From: Camelus ferus
Lineage: Eukaryota
Assembly: GCF_009834535.1 (NCBI RefSeq)
Contig: NC_045698.1
Span: 7,814,001-7,878,000, forward strand
Reading direction: 5' to 3'
DNA length: 64,000 nt
Each line of letters begins with the position of its first letter. The first letter of the stretch is position 1. A model generated the notes under the pieces. That model saw nothing but the letters and a program-made list of their open reading frames with translations, was not told where the DNA came from and ran no database searches. This document shows, piece after piece, positions 53,590-64,000 of the stretch. Position numbers and translations under genes: made by a program.

Positions 53590-54340
53590 GATCCAGGCTG
53601 GAGAAGAAGCAGGAGATGTGTGAGCATGTGGGGGGCTGCCACCCGAAGTGCCCCTGCACACGTCCTCCTCTGTGTGTGAAGGGATGATGATAGAAATCCC
53701 CCTGGAAGATAGAAGAGCAGAGAGTTGACAGAAGCTCCACTGCCCTCCCTGGACACCAGCACTGGCTGCACAAGACTCAGAAGTGCCCTGCACCATCATG
53801 GAGTGGGGGCCACACGGTGGGAAGTCATGGCAACACGACTTGCTGGGCAGAAGAGGATTCCTGTGGCCCCAGTGTGGCACGGGGTAGCCCCTGAGTGTTT
53901 CTGTGGTCTTGAGTGTGTGGGCTGTGTGAGTTAGCCAGGAAAAAGGCTAAGGACCCAGAGTGGCAGGAGGGTTCATTGGCCAGGTAGTTGGGACCCATCA
54001 GAATGGCAAGTGTGGACCATGCCTGCCCAGGTTAAGGAGAGGATGTGGCTGTATCTCACCAGAGCTCAACAGTGAGGAAGGCAAGTGTAGATCAGGAGAG
54101 CACCTTGGACCAGAAATGGTCCAATCACCAATTGCCCTATTCCAGATGGGAACCCAGCGGGATGAGGAGGCTTGTCCTGGGCAAGAGGCAGCAGAGGAGA
54201 GAAATGATTCCAGACAGAAATGAACTCCCAGTCTCCATCCCCTGGAGGGATGTGCCTGTAAGACGGCCAAATTTAGCACCAACCACCGGGGGCAGGAGAA
54301 GATGATGGCTGACCAATATAAATGTGGCCAACTTTTAAGC
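53590..54340. mobile_element. Ancient LTR-like relic, family not assigned
   Basis: Purine-rich degraded LTR-like composition; no diagnostic termini found. Confidence 0.3.
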
Positions 54341-54439
54341 CTTGAGGGACTGGGAAATAGCTGAATTTGTCTGAGTTCGCTGGGAAGTGTTTATATGATT
54401 TTTTTTTCTTCTTTTTCTTTTTTGCATCAGGCAAAACAA

Positions 54440-54725
54440 GGGCTCCAAGATGACTTGCAACAGAGGATATTTCTGGTTATGGATCTGCTCTGTTTTCTGC
54501 TTCCTGCTGGTGAGTGATGACTAGCTTTGGAAGTCACATCTTGAAGATGGCAGAACAGTTGTTAGCCTGGGTGAATTAAGTCATGGAGGGGAGCTTCCTT
54601 CCTCACACACCTGATATAGTTATCTGCTGTATCAGAGAAAATAGCTTCTACCTCCCATCTCCTCTGAGCCCTTGCGTATTTGGGGGTCTTTTTGTTGTAG
54701 CAGCTAGCATTCCTCTAAATAATGA
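54440..54725 (+). mobile_element. Old MLT1 (H/J-like) LTR 3' part
   Basis: tgaagatggcagaac...agcctggg...tttgggggtctttttgttgtagcagctagc. Confidence 0.6.
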
Positions 54726-54860
54726 GATATGTTAGTGCGTTAAAGTGAACTCTGATCACTGACTCCCAGAAGTAAGGTTTTAACTAGTGATCTTGGAAGT
54801 AGGCTTCCTTATCCCTAATCTCTTCCTTGTAAAAGTGCCCCCTAGGACACTTTTGTGCCT

Positions 54861-54893
<33 letters not shown>

Positions 54894-55634
54894 TCTCATG
54901 TATATACTCCTAGTATAGCATTTATTGTGTTTTTTTTAATTTTTTATTTACATGTTTATTATACTGGAAGGTACCTGAGGGCAGTTACCAACTCATATTC
55001 ATCTCTATGTCAACTGTCTTCTAATTTCTGGCTCACAGCTGGAGATTAAAAACGCTTAACTGGTGAAAGAAAATGTCAGGTTGGTTTCTAGTACCAAGTG
55101 CATATTATTTAAGAACAACGTTCGCCACTGAAAGAAACGATATATAAAGGATCAAAGCCACTGCAATGAAAGATAGGACCAGCAAATTCTAACCACTTCC
55201 ACAAAAGTGCAGTCAGGGTCTGAAGTGGCCACACATTTCTTTGGTCATTTTTCCATAGCCAAACTCATCCCTTAATTCTGTGGTCCCTGTGTGTTGGGAC
55301 AGAACCTTTGTGCAGGGCTTATGAGTATTTGCTCGTCTTCAGGGCTGGAAGAACAGAATACTGAGTGGCATGTCCTGGGCCACCACAGCTCTGATCATGT
55401 TGGGACAATTAAACTGAAGTTTCGATGTCAGAATTTCTCTGTGACCTACTGCTCAGGCAATTAACCGTGCTAGTTTCCAGGCTAGCCCACGTCTTAAACT
55501 GGGCTCAGAAAGGACTTTTTTTCTACAGATAGTTTTACAGCTGTTCTAGGTATCCTGGAGAGAATCCTGTAAAACAGGTTGTACTGCTAGACACCACAGC
55601 AAAGTCAACTTTATACATGATTGGGTCCAACAGG

Positions 55635-57180
55635 TTTAAAGATGCTGCCTCATTGTCTTCTCACTGGCATTGTTGCTGCTGAAAAATCAGCTGTCATCCT
55701 TAACTTTATATGGAACTTGTCTTTCTTCTCTGGTTGTTTTTAAGATTTTCTCTTTATTACTAATTTTGAGCTATTTGATTGTGCAGCACTTATGTGTAGT
55801 TTCTTCATATTTCTTTTGCTTGGGGTTCCTTGAGCTGCTTGGATCTGTGAGTTTGCAGTTTTCATTAAACTTGAAAAATCTGAAACCATTTGGAAAATTT
55901 TCAACCATTATTTCTTCAAATATGTTTTTTTTTTTTTCTTGTTATCTTTCTCTTTTCTCTCTCCTCTCCTTTGGGGATTCTAATTGTACATGTATCAGGC
56001 CACTTGGGGGTCACTGATGATCTGCAGTTTTTTCCTTCCTTTTTTTAAAAAAATCTCTCTGAGTTTCATTTTGTATAGTTTCCATTGCCACCTTTAAATT
56101 CATTAATCTTTTCTTCAGCAATGTCTACCCTGCTGTTAATCCCATTCCATATGTTTTTCATTTGACATTTTATTTTCAAATCTAGAAATTTTATTTGTTT
56201 TTAAGTATATTTTCCACGTTTCTAATGAACTTTTTGAACACATGGAATACAGTTACAATAACTGCTTGTCTTCCCTCTTTGTTGATTCTGAATTGGTTTT
56301 GAATGATTGATTTTTCTCATGAATCACATTTTCCTGTGCATTTGCTTGTAGGATTATTTCAATTGGATGCCAGACATTCTTCATTTTAATGCGTAGAGTG
56401 ATGGGTATTTTCATATCCCTATAGGTATTTTTAAATTTTGTTCGAGGATGCAGTTAATTTACTTGGAAACTGTTGATCCTTCTGGGTCTTACTTTTAAGA
56501 CTGGATAGGAAAGATTAGTGCATATTTATTCCAGGGCTAATTACACCTCAGTGCTGAGGCAAGACCCTGCTGAGTACTCTACCCAGTGATCCATGAATGA
56601 TGAAGTTTTCTTATCTGGCTCTTGGGAATGTACACTATGCCCATCCCTGTGTGAGTGCCAAGTTTCATTTAGTCTAATAATTTTGGGAGGTTTTTTTTTT
56701 GGCCTTGAGTATTTCCTTCACATGCAAGCAGTGAGAGTTCTCTGCTGAGTATTTGAGGGGGATCTACTGCAGATTTCTAAGGTTCTGTGTGTGGCTTTCT
56801 GTTCTCTGAAGCTCTGTCCTGTGAGCTTTAATCACCTTGGTCTCCCCAGATTCCCAGGTCCATCTCCTTAGCTCAGAGAGTTGTTTTTTTTTTTTTTTTT
56901 TAAAAGAACCTCCTTGGTTCCTAATCCTGGGTTTTTAGGAACCTGCTGGGTTCCTAATCCTTGTGCCGTGGTCTGGAAACTCTCAAGGCAGTGAGCTGGG
57001 ACAGTCATAGAGCTCACCATGCTTATTTCCTGTTTCTCAGAAATCACTGTTCTTCTTTGAATAATGCTTAGTGTTTTAAAAACCATTGTTTCGTGTATTT
57101 CTCGGGTGTGTTGCTGCTGTTGTCATTGCTACTTAAAGGGTCCTGGTACTCCGTCTTGGCTGGAAGTGGACATCCCTCAG
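55635..57180 (-). mobile_element. Old L1MC/MD-like fragment (ORF1/5' region)
   Basis: ttaaagatgctgcctcattgtcttc, gcttggatctgtgagtttg, ccattatttcttcaaata, ggatgccagacatt, ggcagtgagctggg. Confidence 0.8.
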
Positions 57181-60100
57181 GTTTAGCTGTTTCTACAATT
57201 TCAGAATATAATTCTGTAACTTAGGGCTCTGTTATTCAATGACAATGATGGAAATAATGCCAAACTATCCAAAAATGGGCTTACTCTCATGTCAGTTTGG
57301 GTGCACATGACAGTTGTAAGGCAGGGGCAGCCCTAGCTATCAGTCCTGCTTATTAGGGTCTTACAGGAACCACTGAGTATTGTGTGATTAGAACCAGTGA
57401 CCTGGTTGTGACCTGCTCCTCTCCACCTCCTCCTGAGGCCAGGCCCATCCTCGCCTGGTCTCAAGCTGGTCATCATGTCCGACAGAGTGTACTGACTCCA
57501 GGAGCCTGCTGATCGGGCAGAGTCCTCAGATAACCTCTGCGTTTATTCTGGCCCAATTTCTACCCCATTAGGCGTGCTGCTTCATGTCCTATTTTCATCA
57601 TCATCTTTCAAAACTTTGTTTCTTTGCCTTTAAAACTTATACTTTATATCACACTGTTAACTAGGACAGAGATCTTTGTCTCAGATGTTAAAACATGATT
57701 TTTACTTTTATTTGCTTCATTCCACTAATCTGCCCTGGTCCATTTTTACACGCTACACTAATTGCTAACCTACACTAAATTCAATGCCCTTCTCTTCTCA
57801 AGGCTGTTGTCCCTGTCCCTGGGGGCAAGTCTCAGATTTCCCAGTTCTCTTATTTTTTATTCATTGGGGCCACATGGCCAGAGATTCTGTTTCTGTCTTC
57901 ACTAAATTTATATTGCTATCATGTTGCTTCATTAAATATTAACAGATTAATATCCAAGTATCTCTTTACTCTATCTCACTCTAACATAAATGGGTAAATA
58001 ATAGACTCTCTGAGAATAGTCACATTTTAGGGAGAAAACTGACTATACAAAGATATTTAAAATGATGGCTTAATAGCAAGTATAGATTTATTTCTAAGAT
58101 AGTTCAAATCCTGGGTTTTCACACGTTCAATTACAATAAAAATAACCCATAAATGGGAGTTGAAAGGGCATTCATTTCCATTTTGGAAATTTTCAAACTG
58201 CTATATCCAACTGTTTTAATATTCTGTGACTAACAAAATCATTGTACTGTTAATGAGAAAAAGGTAACTGAAGTCCATGTTAGCTATGAAAAACATTTCA
58301 CTTTGCTTCTCCCATTATGTTTTCTGATGCTCATAAACCAAGTAATGAGTGTTTTAAAGTTTAAAAAGTGTTTAGGGCCATTATGATGATCTAGTTTGCT
58401 AGGCAATTTGTCACAGAATAAGAGTGTGCATGATCTTCTCATAAAGAGAAGTTATTGTTTGAAATGATGAGGTCTATAAAAAGCTCTCTCCATGCAAAAT
58501 TCTGGTGTTTTACCTTCACATTTCTGCTTTTGTTTGGGTCATAAAAGTTAAGGACACTTAAAAATGCCACTAAATTTCAACAGTTGCTATAAAAACACAT
58601 TCTTTGGACTCTAGCTTTCAGATGATGACACTGTTCTCATGAAATTCGATGCCGCTGTGTGTCCTAAGTAAATCTTTTGATTACTTTTTTCTCCTTAAAT
58701 CATGGTTTTTTAGAGTAAGGATTTCTTTGCTTGGTTTTGGTACAAGTTATTTGCAATGTTTAAAAAAATTATAACTATTTATCAGTGTTTGGCTTAATGA
58801 CATTCCTTTCAAAACTCACTCCTATAGATTATCTATCTTCCCTTCCCACATGTTCTGTTACCTTTTAATATGGTAGTTAATAAATTTTACAAAAGATGAT
58901 GATAATGTGATTGGCCTTTATGCATGCTTGTGCATTTGTGTTTTCATAAGAAAACTCTTACATAAGTATATATATTTATAACTATGCACAAATATGCCGT
59001 AACAGCTCTCTGCCCTGCCTGAGGGCAATTCCTTTTGTCTAGAGTTATCAGGAAAGCCAGTGCTTCTTGTAAATAAGGTTGACATCCTGCGAGTCAAAAT
59101 TCTACTGTAACTATTGGGACAAAAGTCTTTCTAAAATGCTTTCTGTCTTCTGAAATTACTAGTAATAATTTAGTATTTTCTTGATGACAGAAGGTTAGCA
59201 TTATGAGCGTCAGTTATTAGAACATACGAAATAGCCGAAACACTGAATGGCCTCCGATATCTTTTCTTTCTCGCATCCCTGTATCTCCTTTCTCCGACTC
59301 TTCTATCTTTTCACTTTGCCATCTATTCTCCCTTCTTACGGCAGATCTGTGGGCCTGCCTACAAGAGTAACTCCTTGCATTCTGTAATTTGTTGCCCGAA
59401 ATTCGACGTGGACTGGGAAATCTGATGGTTACGCTTTGTCTAGAATACAGAAGAGCTTTTGTGATGTTGATGTCAGCCGCTGCAGACCTTCTACCTCTTT
59501 CACAGTAGTCTCTACTCTATTAGTAGTAGAAAAATTTACCAAATCAATGTTTCTAGATATATGGGGGTGATTATACACTGAGGATAACTGTGCTGAACTA
59601 ATGTTCAGTTTTCTGCACTGAAAACAGTCAGCAAGATGTTACTGCTAGAAAATACTGAGAATTTTTAATCAGACTTCTTCCATAATAACCCAAAACAAGA
59701 GAGAATTTTTGAATATCAAAATAGTATAAATCAGTATAAAATAGTATAAATTATAAATTCATTGTTGAATTACTCCAAACCCCTAAGGACCCAGACATAT
59801 CTCAGCAGCTCTCCCAGCTGACCTGGTTACCTTGACACAAAGCCTGTGTCTTTAATGACTAATATGAAGAGAAAGTTCGACTTTGCAGAACTGTAGAACT
59901 GGGCAAGGTCATCAAAATCTGCAGTGTGCAAAGCATTGATGAGTCTGGAAACTGAAAAGGAAACAGATCTCCCACAACCCCTTTCTATCAATTTTATCTT
60001 CTGTTGACTACATATTCCAATCTGAGTCAGAGCCAAATAAAGAATCATAAAACATGACCATTGGAATATGGCCTGGTCATAACAAGCACTATAAATTGCT

Positions 60101-60409
60101 TAATGACAGATAGATCATATAGATATAAAAGACTGTTATCTGCAAGAGAGGCCCCTGGACATAGACACTACCAGTTCAGTGTTCATGGTTCATAGTTAAA
60201 TGCTCTTATTTGAGCACTATTGCTCAGCCAAGCATAGTGCTGAGCGGTGGCGTACAAAGAAATAAATGGAACTTGGTTTCTGCCCTCAGAGGCCTTACAG
60301 TGCAGATTCTTTTTACATTCCTAGTGACTCAACAAGAATTCACATGAATAAGTGAATAATTGTGACACTGATCCTTGAATGTGGTATTGAGATGTGATGC
60401 ACACTTGAT

Positions 60410-60920
60410 ACATACATGTCTTCTTTCTTTGGTTGCTTTTGAGATTTTTCTCTTTACTACTGATGTTGAGGAATTTGATTATAATGTACCTTGGTATAAT
60501 TTTTTCCATGTTTCTGGTACAGAGTTTCTTGAGTTGCTTAGATGTGTGAGTTTGTGGTTTTCATCACATTTGGAAAGTTTTCAACCATTATTTCTTGAAA
60601 TAGGTTTTTCTCATCTCTTCCTCCTTTTTCTCTCGTCTTGTTTGGGGACTCCATTTACACACACAACAGGCCACCTGAAGCTCAATGATGCACTGTTACT
60701 TTTTTTTTTCTTTTTTTCTCTGTGTTTCATTTTGTATAGTTTCCAGCTGCTGTCTTTCAGTTCACTAATCTTTTCTTTCGTGATGTCTAATCTGTTAATC
60801 CCATTCCTTGGGGGTATTTTTCATTTCAGACATTGTATTTTAAACTCTAGAATTTTTATTTGTGTCTTTATAAATTTTCCATGTTTCTAATTATCTTTTT
60901 GAAGATATGGAATATAGAGT
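60410..60920 (-). mobile_element. Old L1M ORF1 fragment, same L1 region as 55720-56250
   Basis: ORF 60321-60509 (-) gives PRYIIIKFLNISSKEKNLK, resembling the ORF1p PRHIIIK...KEKILK motif. Confidence 0.8.
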
Positions 60921-61289
60921 TTAACTTTTAAAGCAAAAGTTGAAGTCTTACATTCAAAATCTTCTATACCTCAAAGACATTTTTCTATTTTTAAATTGTT
61001 CTAATAGGAACTTAAATATTTCTCAAGGAAAATAATAATTTGTTAAAAACAATAAAAAGATGGCAAACTTGTTTTGCCACCATCTAGATGGCTTTGCACC
61101 TCAAGTCAGACTCAGGACTGAAACCCAGAGCCTACCTTCCCATCCCCTTCTACTTGGTCCTCCAAGGCCAGGGAGCTGGGTGGGGACTTGCAGCATCTTA
61201 ATACTGTTGGGTATATACCGTGACAACCCCTTGGCCCATGACATCCTGCTCCCATCTTTGCATCCAGTGTTGTCTCTGATCTGTATGAT

Positions 61290-61425
61290 GTGGGGTGAAG
61301 CAGTCATGATCTTCTCTGTTTAAAGATGACACATCTGAGACACACTGAAGGGCTATAATTTTCCCACAAAGCTTAGAAAAGTTAGAGTCAAGGTTTGAAT
61401 TGTGATCTGAGTCAAAGCCTCCTAA
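61290..61425 (-). mobile_element. MIR fragment
   Basis: tttaaagatgacacatctgagacac...ggtttgaatt...tctgagtcaaagcc. Confidence 0.5.
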
Positions 61426-62823
61426 CTTTAGAAGGAGGTTAATTCTAAGGGCTAGTTCAAGAAAGTGATTTCTGTTACTATCTCTTTCCTAGTTCTGTCA
61501 GGCTATAATCTAGGATTCTGCCTGGGAAGATTCTACTTTTGAAGCTCTTCTCTGGTCAAAAGCATGAGACAAACTCACTTCAGGCCCAGCCCAATGTGAA
61601 TTCTTAAGGCACAACATTAGTGATGTCTCATGGGTAGCGAGGGAAAGGGATAATTACGTTCATTCCTAAGACTCTCAAGAGAAGGGATGGGCCTGCCATG
61701 CGTGAGTAAGTAGCCAGCTCCTGGGAAGTAATGTCAGGGGCTGGGCCCCAAGGGCTGGGATGTCACACTCACCAAAGAAGTGAAGACTGTAGCAATGGAA
61801 GGAAGATGGCAGAGGGAGAGAGAAGTGACAAGGGGCAGATACTGAAAGGTATAAAGGAAGGGAGGGTATTGTTACACGGCAGTACTGCCCCCAGTATGTG
61901 TGGTACCCATGGTACTGAGCTTCTGAGAATTATCTGTAGCTTTGTGTCTATACTGCTATCATTCTGAAGAAAATGAATGTTATAGAGTGATTTATGAATA
62001 TCTCAAACCTCAAGCATTGATATGATATGAATGAGAAATGGCAAGCAGAGGTCCAAACTCCCTCTCAATATTTCCCCCACATGCCTGCATTCTTCTAAGA
62101 GGTTGCACTCTCTTATGCGATAAGGGATATTAGTTTATGTAACTCTTAGTGATCAAACTCAAGACTTCTTTGCTATCATGAATCCCTTTCCATCCAGAAA
62201 CATGGCTATGGAAATTTTCGATGAGAACCAATCAGGAACAGTGTGTGTTTATAAAGATCCCCCACTCCCCCCAGAAAAAGACCTTCCTAATCGCCTTTCC
62301 AGTCATACATTTGCTTTACTTTAGCATTTTTCCCAAAAGAACTAATAATACTGTTCTTCTGTGTAAACCCGTGATTATAAAATGCAGGAGGTTCTTTTCC
62401 TTTGGGGACAGGACCGGCTACAGCATTACAGGATTCACATGGGTTTTCATACGAGATGTTCGGGTATTAGCTCACTTAGCTGTCAATGACAGTGCTTTGA
62501 AAAGCCTCAGCATGTCCCAGGGTCCCCTAGAAATGAAGCAGCTCAGTTACACAAACAGCATGGAAAACCTATCACGGCATCTTCAATGACTATACGTACA
62601 TCTATTCTCATGTGATTCGTAGTGATCTTTGAGGACCCCTGAGCCCTTAGCTAGAATTTTTAAAAGAAATGCATTTCTAAGTGCAACAGTTCACTATAAC
62701 TGGTCTTTCTCTAGCATCCTCAGCAACTGTATTAGAATTGTACTTCTCAAAATTGGACTTCTCTTATTTTCTAAGGACGTTCTCATAATTCCATATTTCT
62801 TTTTTATTGTAACAAACTAGTCA

Positions 62824-63072
<249 letters not shown>

Positions 63073-63499
63073 TCAAAGACGAAAACAAAAGCAGGGTGTC
63101 GTAACATTTGGCGAATGTCTACCGCAGGTAGGGTACTGCCTCAGCAGTCCAGGGACCACCGAAAATGGGAGAGCCATCCCTGCCCACCAGGAGCTTATGA
63201 TGGAGGGTGGAGAGGGTTGGGGCATGTACATAAGTGAGTGTAACTGGCAGTAGAATGGAGAACGATTCTAGCACACTGCTATAGGAAGGAAGAAGGACTG
63301 ATTAATTCTGATTAGCTGAAGATCAAGGCAGCGTATTTTACAGTTAAATACATTCTATAGGCAGAGCATAGTAGTTACGGTAGTAACTATCATGATCAAA
63401 TAGTAATGATCAAATGCCTTCACTTCTCATGCGTAAGTGTGAACTGTGATAAATTCCTGTATCACTTGTAAAGTACGTGTTTTGCCATTGCATCTATGG

Positions 63500-63790
63500 A
63501 CATCAAACAAATGACTGAATGGACAAAAAAGAGAAAATTGTTATGGTTTATTACATACATTGACATGAGCCATAGGCAAATTTTGATCCTACAGAAATTC
63601 TGATGTTTGGTTTGAATTGAATCTAATGAATAATAGGAGACTATGTAACTAAAAATTAATTACACACACATTTTAAATTATGGCTTCTATTCACAAAGGC
63701 ATATCAGTAGACCTTTAAAAATGATAGTTATAAAGATCACATAGCAATTTGGAAAAATATTTAAGATGAAAGTTAAATAAACAAAGCAAG
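63500..63790 (+). mobile_element. Old L1ME-like 3' fragment
   Basis: aaatgactgaatgga...aaattgttatggtttattacatacattg. Confidence 0.4.
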
Positions 63791-64000
63791 ATGCAAAGGA
63801 GTCTGGGGTTTGTGTTTTATACCAAGTAAAATGCACCATAAAAAAAGTCATAATAGTAAAAATTTATTAATAAAATTGTTTATGGCTTTTACTTTTTCTA
63901 AATTTCTTATTTTTTGTTCTATTATTCTTATAATTTAAAGAATATTGAAAGTTTCAATAATGATCCTGATCTTTGATCACACACAGCCTTTTTCTTTCAT

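Noticed and set aside
55720..60920. Apparent segmental duplication (55720-56250 versus 60410-60920)
   Set aside because: Both are diverged fragments of the same L1 region; independent insertions explain the similarity.

Overview
Mammalian genomic DNA from inside the CTNND2 (delta-catenin/NPRAP) gene, transcribed on the minus strand. The host is most likely a camelid or another cetartiodactyl: it has cetartiodactyl-type L1 3' ends and I recognised no Alu, B1, Bov-tA, CHR, PRE-1 or SINEC SINEs. The window holds two constitutive armadillo-repeat exons (62827-63000 and 49398-49548, equivalent to human exons ~15 and ~16). Between them is a 75-nt in-frame cassette exon (50575-50649) matching the 25-aa insert I recall from rodent delta-catenin. 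The rest, including all of 1-49397, is intron filled with L1, L2, MIR, MaLR/ERV1 LTRs and hAT transposon relics; nearly all ORF-track entries are spurious or TE-derived. I see no new multi-gene system. The best candidate for something undescribed is a putative 3-nt neural microexon (GTG, 45336-45338) with a long AG-free pyrimidine tract, UGC motifs and a perfect GTAAGT donor; it would add one glycine to an ARM repeat. Repeat subfamily names and human exon numbers are from recall, not database searches.
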